Positions 52,201-64,000 of a stretch of DNA of 64,000 nucleotides are shown here, in pieces (positions within the stretch are counted from its first letter, which is position 1; each line of letters starts with the position of its first letter). The notes under the pieces were generated by a model. The model was not told the DNA's origin. It searched no databases and saw only the letters and a list, made by a program, of their open reading frames with translations. A program made the translations under genes and the position numbers. Origin of the DNA: Camelus dromedarius (lineage: Eukaryota); assembly GCF_036321535.1 (NCBI RefSeq), contig NC_087436.1, positions 77,378,001 to 77,442,000 on the forward strand, written 5' to 3'.

Positions 52201-52399
52201 ACTCTTAATCTCTAGGAGTGTCAAACAGTGACATTCTTTCCTCTCTGCTTTTGCTAATGTTGTCTATTTTGCCTGAAAAAAAAAAAATTCAGAAATCCTC
52301 CACTCAGCTGAAGTGTCTGTTCCTCCAGGAAGCCTTCTCCCATGTCTCCAAGTTAACCTGTATGTTTCTCTCTAATCTCTGTCTATTTAGGCCACTGGT

Positions 52400-52571
52400 T
52401 TAGGCACTCAGACTTCAGTGTGCACCAAAATAACCTGGAGGGCATGTTGCATACAGATTCCTGAGTTCCTGATGCAGCAGATCTGGAATGGGGTCTGAGA
52501 TCTTGAATTTCTAATGAGTCTCTAGTGGAAGCTGATGCTGATAATCTAGGGGTACACTTTGAGACACACTG
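52400..52571 (-). mobile_element. MER5A-like hAT-Charlie MITE
   Basis: cttcagtgtgcaccaaaataacctggagggc...gatctggaatggggtctgaga...gctgatgctgataatctaggggtacactttgagacacactg. Confidence 0.85.
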
Positions 52572-52665
52572 TTCCAAGTTCTGAATAAACTTAGAAAATG
52601 CTAAGATAATGTAGCACTTCCCCAACTCAACTGTGACCTCTTTGAAGGCAAAGGACTTGGTCTAG

Positions 52666-52799
52666 AAACCACGGATGCAGAGGGCCTACTGTACTAAGCC
52701 ACTTTATATAAGGGACTTGAGCATCCAGGGATTTTGGTATCTGCAGAGGTCCTAGAACCCATCCCCCCACCTTCACCCCACACTAAGGAAGGACTGTAT
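52666..52799 (-). mobile_element. MER2-like TcMar-Tigger fragment
   Basis: tttatataagggacttgagcatccagggattttggtatctgcagaggtcctagaacc...ggactgta. Confidence 0.85.
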
Positions 52800-53110
52800 G
52801 ACGTACTTTCAGTACTTGAGCACAGCACCCGACACTCAGTAAGCAACCAGTGCTGAGAAAGGGAAGCTTATAAACTTGGGAGCTAGGCAGAAATGCGCCT
52901 GTAACCTTATTGCACCAGTAGCTAGCTGCACTATCTATCGGGTAACTTGGGGAACTAATTTTAGCTGCCAAGCCTTCAGTTTCCTCATCTCTGTCTAAGG
53001 ATTAAAAACTGGCACATGTCATATCTGGTTATTTTATTAAATTAAGTGTACTGACATATGTTACGTATATAAATGTATTTCTGGGATAATCTTCTCTACT
53101 GGTTTTGGAC

Positions 53111-53137
53111 TGTGTGTGTCTGTGTGTGTGTGTGTGT
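53111..53137. repeat. Interrupted (TG)n microsatellite
   Basis: Direct reading. Confidence 0.95.
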
Positions 53138-55409
53138 AGATGAGCTCATTGGCCAGTGCATCTTAAATACTTAGTAAGTAGTGTCTTATTAGAATTATGA
53201 ATAAATTTGTTTGAAAAGTCCCTCTCCTCTGGTTACTAACAATATTAGCTGCATAGTTTATACTGTTCAGCTTCTATGAGGGTGGTGGGGACAGTAGAAG
53301 CAGGAGGAAGAGAAAAGCCATTTTACAGAGGACAGGAGAACACATGATAGGTCTCTGAAACATGATTTTCTGTGGTAAGTGGAAAGTCCTTGTTTATTAA
53401 AAGTGGTTTAGGGTTAGACAATGTGTTCTCGAATTTTCAAAGCTTTGGTTTTCATTGGAATGGGTAAGCCTCTAAATTAAATGTGGCTAACTTAATATAA
53501 ACATCTAATACTTTCTTCGTCTCCGATATCTGCTCTCCTTGGCCCATTGCCAAGTCATTTGAGGGTTGCTGAAATACAGTTCTTGAATAATGATTAACAT
53601 AATCATGTGAGGTTAGTTTTCCATCTGGAGATTTTACATGTGTGTACACTAAAACACTGAGGGATTTTGACTAGGAGAAATTCTCAAATCCTAGGAAATA
53701 CAGGTGAACAGCTCTCTACTGACTGCAATACACAATCGGCCTGTTCTGAGCAGTGTTGGGCAGGAGGGGAGGTGCATCACTCTGTCAGGCCTTTAGGATG
53801 TCACTGAGGCTCTTCTGCCCACTGAAATCCTGAAACTGGGAAGTATCTTACGCTGGATTGACTTAAATATCAAGAATGAACTGATGTCTTAGTATACTTA
53901 GGTAAGGGTTTGGTGGGAAAGCAGAAGGAACTTTTGGAAAGGACAGTTGATATCAGTCAGAACCTAACCTACTCTCCTTACTTTAGATAACCTCCCTATC
54001 TTGGGTAAAAGTTAATACTGACAGAAAGTTATCTGATATGTGATTATTAGACGATGAGTTTGCTAATACTCTGATCAATTATTCTGTCCTAAACATCTTT
54101 ATAAATCAGTGCTCACTTCCACCATCTGTGAATGAAAAACCAAACGTGATCAAGCATGTTCTATGTTTGGGCTCTTTGACATACATTTACCTTCACATAG
54201 CTGATGTTGAGCACTGCCCCAGAGATGAGCTCATGGAGCTCTAAGTAAGAGACATTTACCCAAGGAAACAACTCTTAGTACACAAACTTGGGACTAGTTC
54301 CTGACTGCAAATCTAGAATTCACATTTCAGCTAAATCCTCCTCAAGAATGAAAATCTGTTCACCTGTTCACATATTTTAAAACTGCATTGACTTTTTCTG
54401 TATCTTAGCTACCCAATTATTTTGCTGATGCAGACTATTCACCTAAGAGTTAATGTGCCTTTGGAAAAATGAAAACATGCCTTCTACCCTTACATACTCA
54501 ACTTGCAATGGGCAGGTAAAAGTAGGTACTAATATACTAGTATTTCCTTCAGTAGGAGACTTGCTTAAGGTTATTCAGTGGATTAGTCAGAGTGCACATC
54601 ACTATAGTCTCTCCCCTAATTTCCTTTTTTTTTTTTTTTTTTTTGCTTTTCCATGCAAATTCCTGTTAAGGTTCTTTTGTGCATAAAGCAAGATCAAGTG
54701 TTATCATTTTTATGAAAGCATTGTTCTCATTTACTACTTAAGAGTTTGAAAACCACCAGGTTCCATTTTAAATGCATAGGTTTCTTTGAAATATGAATTT
54801 ACCTGTGGCAAAAACGTGTTCTCCATTGTCTTCCAGTTCACACCACCACTTTGCAGTTTCATAGACATAGTACAACACAGGCAGATTTCACAAACTCTGA
54901 AAGGCTTGAAAGTCCCTGTCGTAATTGTCACAGCTTGATTTTCTTTTTCATAGACACTGGGGCCCATCTTTAACCATAGTCAGAATGTACCTGACAAACT
55001 AGGAGATTTACCTGCCAAAGGTTTCACAACCATCACATGTGAGCAAAAAACATTTATTTAAGGATGAGATTAGAATATTTTACCCCAAACCCTAAATAGC
55101 AGAAATGGTCCCTATGTTAAAATTTTAATGGGACACTTAGTTTTGAGTATATCTTAAAACCATTGGCTGTATAAGTGAGGCTTTGCAGTTCCTAATTATG
55201 TAATGCCAAACATACATGCCTCCTCCCCTCAGGAAAAAAAACCCTCAAATTTTCAATGACTAGATCTTAACAGGCTAAAAAGAAACATGAACAAAGTTTG
55301 AAGTTGAATTTTCTGACTGGCTGCACTTTTCATTATTATTCTAGAGAAAGGAAATATGTTACTTAGCAAGTCTCCTTTTGTTTCATGGATATAAAAGATA
55401 AAATTTCCC

Positions 55410-55665
55410 TATTATGGATGAGAGTTTCGGTCTGTGGGCTTTAAAGTCAGACAGACTGGATTTTATTCCTAACTCTGTTGTCTCCGAACTGTGTGTACTT
55501 GGATGAATATTTAACCTCGTTGACTGTTAGTCGAGGGGATATCCATGGGGATAATGATACACACTTTCAAGAGCAGTAGTGAGGATTAAGTGAGATAATC
55601 CGCAGAAAGGATTTAGTACCATTCTTGCACACAGGAGGTCTTCAATACATATTAGCAACTACAGC
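55410..55665 (+). mobile_element. MIR SINE
   Basis: gtgggctttaaagtcagacagactggatt...atggggataatgatac...gtgaggattaagtgagataat...caatacatattagc. Confidence 0.85.
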
Positions 55666-56221
55666 AATTACTGAGATTTGGTGCATACTTTGGTAAGTTA
55701 GAAGTAAGCCCTCCATGCACATCGGAACCTAACACTGAAATCAGGGAATGAGTACGTCAAGTGAAATAACACGTGTTTTATTGCACCTTTAGATAGGTCC
55801 AAGCTAACCTTAGTAAGAAAAATGAGTCTGAGGATGAAGGCCAATGAGTGAAAATTTTGAGAAGTTAAGCTGTATTATTACCTACATAAATGAGCAGTAT
55901 AAACTGTGGAAGCTCACTGAAAATGAAAGTTGAGACCATATTCCCTCTCAGAATGAATTGTTGACAAATATATGTTTAAAATGCATAAATGCTTACTTAC
56001 CCACGTGTTCTTAGAAGTGTGGTGGACGATGTTGAGGAGTAAGATTGTCAAAAATATAAACAATTTTGGCAAAGAGCTACGAAGCAGAAAACATACCAAA
56101 TCAGTTGACATTAATAACTTGGTGTCACAGTAAATTTTATCTGAACATTTGTATAATGTTGTTATCAGATTATTGTATGTAGCTTTGTGTATGTGGCTTG
56201 AAATTTTTACCAAGTAATAAT

Positions 56222-56302
56222 TTTCCAATATGGTCATCTACTACATGTGAATATTAAAATTAATATTTAATTAAAATTAAATTTAAAATCTAGTCTCAGT
56301 GA
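56222..56302 (-). mobile_element. MER3-like hAT-Charlie fragment
   Basis: tccaatatggtcatctactacatgtgaatattaaaatt...aattaaaattaaatttaaaatctagtctcagt. Confidence 0.6.
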
Positions 56303-58999
56303 CAAATAATTGGATCTTTAATAACAAAAAAGAATATGATCTCTGCTTTATACTATTGATTTAATAAAGCTTTTGCAGGCATCCAGTAGAACTAGATAAT
56401 AAAGCAAAATTGTATCTGAGTTGATTTGGTCTCATAAGTAAGTTGAATTTTCTGACAGAGTTGCCAAGAAATTAGTATACTTTTGGATTAAATTCCTAAA
56501 CCATGAGTGGTAGACTAGACAAGTATGAAAATGCCTCCTAGAGATAGAGCAAGAATTAAACAATCTTTAGAGAAGGTAGAAATGCGTTAGAACTCTAAAA
56601 ATTCTTGGTGAATTGTAGTGTTGATATTCAGTGCTGTCATTATAGTGATTATAAATTTTAAGTGTAAATGTTATTTATTTAATCATGAAAATGTTATTTT
56701 TTTCAGTGGCTATGGGTTTGAGATAGTATTGATAGGCAAATAGTCAAAGGTTGTTAAGTAAACCACACTTGGAATTTATTTTCTTTTTATCCCTACATAA
56801 ATAAAACCTGTATTTTGAAATGTTTACTCAGATAGATTTTCTACATTTATCCCTTCCGCAACCCAGTTTGTATAGGCAGTTTGAATTTTGCAAGATCAAC
56901 AGATATCCACATACAACTCAGGTCTAACTGAATACTTGGTCATATGATGTTTTCGGTATATTTAGCTGTGGCTTAAAGGGAGATTCTGAGCTTGGTCCTT
57001 CTGTGATGTTTATCTAAAAGTAGGGATCGAATGATACCCAATTTGTTTATTTTCTGACCATGTAATCAACGGACACCTATTTCTTGTTCAACAACAGAAA
57101 CAATGAATTTTGAGCTTCAACAATCATTTTCTTTTTGCTGAATGATTAGTTTTTGTAACAATGGTTTTCAGAATTTTCTACTTGCAGTAGTTATTCCTCT
57201 CCCCTCCAAAAAGCATTATGAAATAAAATTCATGAATGACAAATGTAAGTAATGTTTTAATTTTTATCAATAAAATGGGCACGTTTTAATCACCTTAAAA
57301 ATTTTAGCACTGTCAGTCATTACTTTAAAAAAAAATGGTTGACAAGAAGTTGACAGGCTGTTCGTTAAATTTATACATGTAAGAGAGAATAAAGGCTGCA
57401 TTTTAAAGCATTTGTTCCAAATCAGTTTTATGAATTATTAAGTGGGAATCTTAATTTTTCTGACTCATAGTTAGCTGAAGAAATCATGAGGATTGTCATT
57501 CATGTTCCATTTATCACTGGTAGATTGTTTTCAGATTCTTCTCAAGTTCTGTAGAGTTTTGGCATCAACTGGGAAGAAGGATAAAAGAGAGCAAAATAGA
57601 TTGTCCGTCAGTTGAAGTAGGCGAAACTTCGTGCAGAAAATGGTGCCTCAAACTTTCACAGGAAGGGGTTAAGTCAAATCTGAAAACCATTCTGCCCAAA
57701 GCACTCTATGCTTTCTCACATTCAAACTCCTGTGAAGTTCAGTACAAATACAATCCTTATGTTTCTGATTCATTTTCAACTAATTCAGCACAACAATGTT
57801 TTGCAAGCACTTTTTGATGTCAGAGAAACATGTTGTGTGTCTCTGTAAAGCCATTTCTTGGTGAAGCAGGAAGTCACAAATTAACAAAAAACAAAACACT
57901 ATATTTTTCAAAACATGGTTTAAATGTTCAGAATGAATTAGCCTAAAACTTGTCAAAATATGGTTGTTTTATTCATCATTTTAATTAAAGCATTTGAAAA
58001 CATTCTTATCTCCAACACCTGGCTTATTTCACAACAGAAAGACTAGATGCAGGAACTGTAGGAATGGAAAAAGGGGATAAATTACTAATTTTAAAATATA
58101 TTTTGAATGCAATGGGATGGAGGTTTTCGAACACTTAAGCTTATCCGTTTTGAGGCCTGGCTTTATTCAAAATATGTTTTTAGAAGTGGGTGAGTGCTTT
58201 GAGTTGTGGTATATTTGATTACGGTATTGTTTGTTTTTCACTTCTTATTCTCATTCTATCCTATTTCATTTTAAAAGAATAATAGAATTATGGGATTTCT
58301 AATGCAAGCCTTCAACACAGTGTCATTATTAGCTGCTGTCATGTTGGTCCATTAGTGGTCATCTGTGAGCCCTTTAGACTTTCCCTTCACCATCATAGAA
58401 GCTCCCAGATGCACTCCACTCTTTCTGCCATCAAAAACACTCTTTGATATTTGAAACCTCCAGTGTTTAGAAGAAATTCTGGGAAAATGATCAGTATTTG
58501 AAATGAGCTCCACCATGCCTTCTTTTCATTTCTTTCCATCTCCCTAAGTATAATTTGAAGACTATATTGTCTCTCACTTGGCCTTTCTTCTATGTAAGCA
58601 TTTTTTTTTGTTCATTTAACCAAAATGAATTTCCTAAGGTTAAAAAAATACAGTAAGAAGTTGCCATTCTAAATTATGCATTAATTTGTATAATTTCAGT
58701 CATTCTTTTATACTGAAATCTCTCATTAACCTTAAGCCAAACCCTGGAAACATCTTTATTTATAAATCCTGGAAATCCCCTTCTTTTATTGACTAAAAGT
58801 TAAATGGCAAGGAAGTTGAAATAAAGGATGTATTTCTTAAAGGAGTGTCAAATGATATGCAATAGAATAAATAAATATCCAGCTCAATTTCTTCCATTAT
58901 TTGCGTATTAGAGTTTAAATAAATTTTGAAATTCACATGTGTAGTCAGTGCTGTTGATATAATTCAAAGCAATTTTTTTTACTCCAAATTCCATTTATG

Positions 59000-60090
59000 T
59001 TCCTTTATTCTATGAACACCTATTAAACGCATGTAGAGTTTGTGGGAGAACACAGAGACTGTTACAGGAGTTAGATGGGTGCCAATGTTTACCATATAGT
59101 GCAATAAGGGAAATTATTAACATACATATAGATATGGGAACATTATCAATGAAGAAGTAAGTGGTGAGTGCTACCTGGATAAATCAGAGAAAATCTCTTA
59201 GAGAAAACCATTGGAATAATTTTGGAAACATTACTAGGATTTCACCAAGGAAATCAAAAATTGAAAGGCTTTACATCAAAGAACTTAAGGTATTTAGAAG
59301 TCTGAATGTACTTAAGAGTGTCACAGGCTGGGCCAGAGTATATACCAAACTGGATCATAGCCTGGATCATAGGCTGATTTGATGATCAGCTAAGAGATTG
59401 GAGATGAAGGTGAAAACTGTAGCATGGGGAAGCTTACATTTATCCTATGGGTCAGTTCTGTCCAATAAAAAACAATACCAGCTACATATGTAATTTAAAA
59501 TTTTCTAGTAGCCATGAAAAAAGAAAAAAGCTGATAAATTAATCTTAATAATATTTAATATACAGAATATAATACATTGCATTTTATACATATGTAAAAT
59601 ATATTTTAATGCAATAAATCTGATATATTACCATTTCAATAGAATCAAAATTAAAATGATTAATGAGATATTTTTCATTTTTATACTAAGTTGTCAAATC
59701 GCCATGTATATTTTACATTCATGGCACATCTTATTTAGGGATAAGCACATTGCAAGTGCTTTAATGGCCACACAGCCATCATACTGAATGATTCAGCTAT
59801 GGACAGTAAGAAATATTTTAAGCGTGGGAATAACATGACCAACTTGTGTCATTGTTTACAGTTTGTGAGATGGACTGAAGGCGGACAGATTGGAGGCAAA
59901 AAGACTAGCTGAGATGTTGTTGCAGTCGTCCACATAAGGATGAGGATGGTTTGAACTAAAGTGGTGATCATGGGGGTGACAGTAAAAGGTGGATTGGCAG
60001 TAGAGCTGAATGGACATTCTCAGTATGATAGTGCATATGAGGGAGTAGGAGGTTCCAAGAATGATGCACAGTTTCTGACCTAGAAAGGTC
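59000..60090 (-). mobile_element. LINE-2 segment interrupted by MER33
   Basis: taagcgtgggaataacatgacc...agattggaggcaaaaagactagctgagatgttgttgcagtcgtcca...ggtttgaactaaagtggtg...caagaatgatgcacagtttctgacct. Confidence 0.75.
59453..59797 (+). mobile_element. MER33-like hAT-Charlie MITE, near full length
   Basis: cagttctgtccaata...catatgtaatttaaaattttctagtagcca...attaatgagatatttt...cacattgcaagtgctttaatggccaca. Confidence 0.88.
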
Positions 60091-60134
60091 TAGTTGATTG
60101 TTTTATTATCCTAAGTGTTTTATACTTCACTCTG

Positions 60135-60400
60135 TGCAACATAATGTAGGGATTAAGAGCAATGACTCTGGAGTCGGTCATCTTGGGTGTGAGTCCTGTT
60201 TCTGACACTTCCTTGTAGTGTCTGGAGTCCTTGGCAAGTTACTTCACTTCTCTGTGCTTTAGCTTTCCCTTCTGTAAAATTAAGATAGTAATAGCTTACC
60301 TTCCTCACAGGGTTATTGTGAGGATCAGCTGAGTTAATAAATAGAAAGTGTTTAGAGGAGTGCTTAGCATACTATTAAATTATATGAGTGTCAGCTATAA
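60135..60400 (+). mobile_element. MIR SINE, near full length
   Basis: ttaagagcaatgactctggagtc...ccttggcaagttacttcacttctctgtgc...ctgtaaaattaagatagtaatag...cctcacagggttattgtgaggat. Confidence 0.9.
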
Positions 60401-60984
60401 CTTTAATCTCTTGAAAATTGATCATTTATGTATATATTATTAGGTAATAACACTCATATAGCCAAAATATTCAGTTAACCAGAGCACCCACAACCCATCT
60501 AGATAAATGAGAATTTGCAGATCTTTTTTTTACCTTTACATCTAACAGTAGAATCATTTAAAATATTAGGAAAAATACCTTTAAAATGGTATATTATAAA
60601 CCATTTTGTAAGTATAATGGAGGTGTACATATTATTAGTATATTAACAAATGTGATTGAACTTAAGAAAATTTACTTAATTCTTATCCATATAGTTATAC
60701 AGACTTTTGTTGTGGGTCGTGAAATTTTCATGCAGAGAGTACATAAATTTAAGCATTTAGCCATTGCCTCTTTCATTCTTCTATACTCTCTAGATATTAT
60801 TTCTACTGATTTACTATTATTATTATCATGCTCCTTATCTTCTTTATTTATTCCATTGATCTCTGGATACTTTTAGGGGACAGTGCTGTCTTAGAGTATT
60901 ATCAAATTCCAGATGACTTTGACAAATCGAAAATAGTCAAACTTATCAAAAATATGATGTAAAGAAATGGTGGGTGCCATGTTG

Positions 60985-61085
60985 AGAATTTACTATATTA
61001 TCACTTAATCTTTGCAGTCACCCCATTGTTATCATTTCTGTTTCACAGATAAAAGAAACTAAAGTACAGAGAAGCTAAACTGTCC
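60985..61085 (-). mobile_element. MIR fragment
   Basis: tattatcacttaatctttgcagtcacccc...tttcacagataaaagaaactaaagtacagagaagctaa. Confidence 0.6.
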
Positions 61086-61909
61086 ATTACTATTATTGAA
61101 ATTTTCATTTTGAGAACACAAGCAGAAACTTCAGGGTGCCATGTTTAGGTTGTATATATGAAGGAAACTTTGAGAATGGGATCTGTTATAGATAATATTG
61201 AGAGCTACAAAAATACTTACACATTTTCACTATACTCTTTGTAACTTTTATCAGAGTTCACATTTTGTCACCACACATTGTAAAAAAGGAAAGAACCACA
61301 AACCTTCAGAGGAAAGTGATATAAATAGGGTCTTTCCACTGAATTATATTTCATTAAAGCAGGGACCACATCTCTTTAATTCATAAAATAAATGATTTTT
61401 AATTAAAGCAAAAATATATTTAGCAAATAAAGTAGCAATTAGTCTTTGAATACCCATTCAGAGCATAGTAAAGTGCTAAAAGCTCTGAGAATACCAACAA
61501 ATATAGTAATCTCTGCACTCAGGAATACTGTAACATACTTGGGGAGAATTATAGTCATTAATAACAAGTAAAATAATAATAAATCAGATATAAGAAGGAT
61601 GTCTTAAATGCCGCAACAATAAAATACTAAATAGCAACTGAGGGAGATTGTAGACTCACTTCTGTCTGTGCATTCTTAAAAATAAGTGAAATATATATTC
61701 ATGTTGATTGATTTAATGATTGAAAAACGGCCGATTTACTGAAGACATTTTATGTACCAGTCACTGATCAGCATACTGCAGGTGTTATCATTTGACATCA
61801 AGTCCTCTTAAAGAGATTGATTCATCATCCCTCATCTTCTATCTCTGTTTACATTTTCAGAAAATGACCCTCTGCTTGCTTTCTGAAATCGTGTTACTAA
61901 ACTTCAGCC

Positions 61910-62300
61910 CATGATTTATTTATTGAACATTTACTATGTAGCAGGCCCTGTGCTGGGGTCTGGAGTTGTCAAGATGTCTTTGAAGAACTTTCTTAGGGCA
62001 GTCAAATACAGAACCAAAATATAATGTGAGGAATTTGTAAAGAGAGATTCATTCAACAAATTTTATTGAACTCCTACCATGAACTAGGCACTGTTCTAGA
62101 CATCTATCACTAGAGATATATTACAAGCAAAACCAGCAAAACTCTGTACCCTGTGGAGTTCATTTTCCAGTGCAATTGGACCTTCAGTGAAGAGATAATT
62201 CTAGTGACTGAAAAAAGTCACTAGAAACTATGAAGGGCCTAGTCATTTAGGGATGGTAGTCTTGAAGGATGAACTAGAATTTGCTGGGTTCAAGGAGATG
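61910..62300 (-). mobile_element. Two adjacent LINE-2 3' end fragments
   Basis: atttattgaacatttactatgtagcaggccctgtgctgggg and attcattcaacaaattttattgaactcctaccatgaactaggcactgttctagac. Confidence 0.8.
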
Positions 62301-64000
62301 CTGGACATCACTGGTAGAAGTTAAAGCCTTTCAAAGCACTGAGGGAGACAGGCGTTCCAAGGTATCTGTTCACACACAACACTGACTTCCTCTTAGATGG
62401 TAATATATTAAGGAAATCTGAAACCTATTAGATGGTAGAAAATGCCAGGACATCTCTGGGGTGTATCTTGTTGATTTTTAATCATCTGAAGATGTTGGTT
62501 TTTCTATTAATGATTATAAAAGTATAGACCCAATTGCATTAAGTTTGCTTTAAAAATAAAAAAAGAATTACCTTTGAATTCATTCATGAGGTGTCAAGCT
62601 TGTTAGCTGAAGGATGATAAGTTTTGGATGTAAAGTTGCACCAAGCCCTCTCCTCTTAAAAGCTAATTATCTCCCTGAAATACAGTTCTCAACTTTACAG
62701 ATTGATTTTTTTTTCTTTAAACATATAAAATTATTTATAACGAGGGTGATAAATAAATATGAAACACTTTACCCCTCCATTTTACCTACCGATAAAACCA
62801 AAAATTTTAGAGAAAAATTATCTTTACAGTGAAACATATATATGTTGTAAATGTATATCCATCTCAAGAATCAAAATGTAGAACTATATTGTGATTTTTG
62901 GAGTTAATTTAGTTTTGGTTCAAAATTGATACATATCTCTGCCAGGTGTGAAGTAATGACTAGATACTGCATTTTGCCATAACATAACATGTTTTAGGTT
63001 TGTACTCATCACAAAGAAACACCAAAGAAAAATCAGAAATTATTCAAGAGGCATTGATTTCATTTTTCAAAAAATTCAGTGACTCAAGTAGAATACATAA
63101 AATGAGTCAATTTTTAATAAAGAGGCTTTAGTAGGAAAATACACTCTTAAAATCTGATCTTTAATAAAGGTCCCTGGGTGCAACCCTAGGTCACAGCACA
63201 ATGAATTGAAAAGATGCCATTCTTTTGCTCTAACTGGTTTAAAGCAGAGCTTTCACATTAAATAAACATGACAAAGAGCATTCATTAAAAAAAAATCTGA
63301 TAGTAATTTACTATATTCCCCTGACTAGTGACATTTTTCAGCTTACATGCTAGGGCGCCTCAGTTCAATAATGATGTATCCTGGAGTTAAAATGAAACAT
63401 AACCCATTTCACTGTGTGTCATAATTAAAAGTCAAAATCGAGGGTGGGGAGTGGGAGAACCTCACTGGTTAAATTGCCCTATTTTAACAATTTGCATGCA
63501 GATGTCACAAACAGGAAAAACCAGGAAGAGAAACTGATGAGGGACTGTGAGCAATTTACACACTGTTAGTGAGGAGCAAAGAAAGCAAAGGGGAGCAATA
63601 AGCATTTTATTTCATAATATGGAACTTTTTAAAGTGTTATGCATCAATTAAATGTTTCTGTATGTAAATATTCAAAAGTTCATAGGGTTATATTTCAGTA
63701 TTTCCATCTTGATAGTGAAATACTGACATTTTGAGTCAAGCCAATTAATTTGGCTGTTAAAATTTTCTAAGATGCATATGTTTACCATTATGACAAAACC
63801 ATATTTGCTGGTTACCAATCGAAATTCTATTTGAAGAAGGAATTTGGCATTCACAGATCATAATATGTTGCTACCCTGGATGACCTCTGTGAAGGCATCT
63901 GCACGCATAACAGTGGAAGCATTAGTTTAACCTGAAACACCAAACAGTGATGTATTGTCAATCTGTATTTTAAGTTATTTTCCTACAGAATAGCACCATT

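Larger units (their letters stand above)
52200..52855 (+). mobile_element. LINE-2 3' end interrupted by two DNA transposon relics
   Basis: ctcagctgaagtgtctgttcctccaggaagccttctcc...caactgtgacctctttgaaggcaaaggact...agcacagcacccgacactcagtaagc. Confidence 0.65.

Noticed and set aside
1..64000. A novel multi-gene or defence-type system
   Set aside because: No intact genes, operon-like structure, repeat-spacer arrays or foreign-composition islands; the window is explained by mammalian repeats and non-coding DNA.

Overview
AT-rich, CpG-depleted eutherian DNA, intergenic or deep intronic. It is probably camelid, judging from a tRNA-Ala-derived Vic-1-like SINE with its CCTAATTACC-Cn tail. I found no credible protein-coding exon, RNA gene, CRISPR array or prokaryotic feature. 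Protein-like entries in the ORF track are decayed LINE-1 ORF2 fragments; the rest look like chance ORFs. Much of the window is interspersed repeat: old and lineage-specific L1, L2, MIR, ERVL/MaLR LTRs, and hAT-Charlie and Tigger MITEs. Subfamily names come from remembered consensus sequences and need Dfam/RepeatMasker confirmation; most boundaries are approximate. I see no evidence of a new biological system. The best observations are retrotransposition and rearrangement signatures: a 5'-inverted (twin-primed) L1, an L1 whose 5' end is fused directly to ORF2, a 134-bp L1 tail with a perfect 14-bp target-site duplication (TSD), and a probable ancient local duplication of an old L1 segment. A few repeat-free stretches are candidate regulatory elements.
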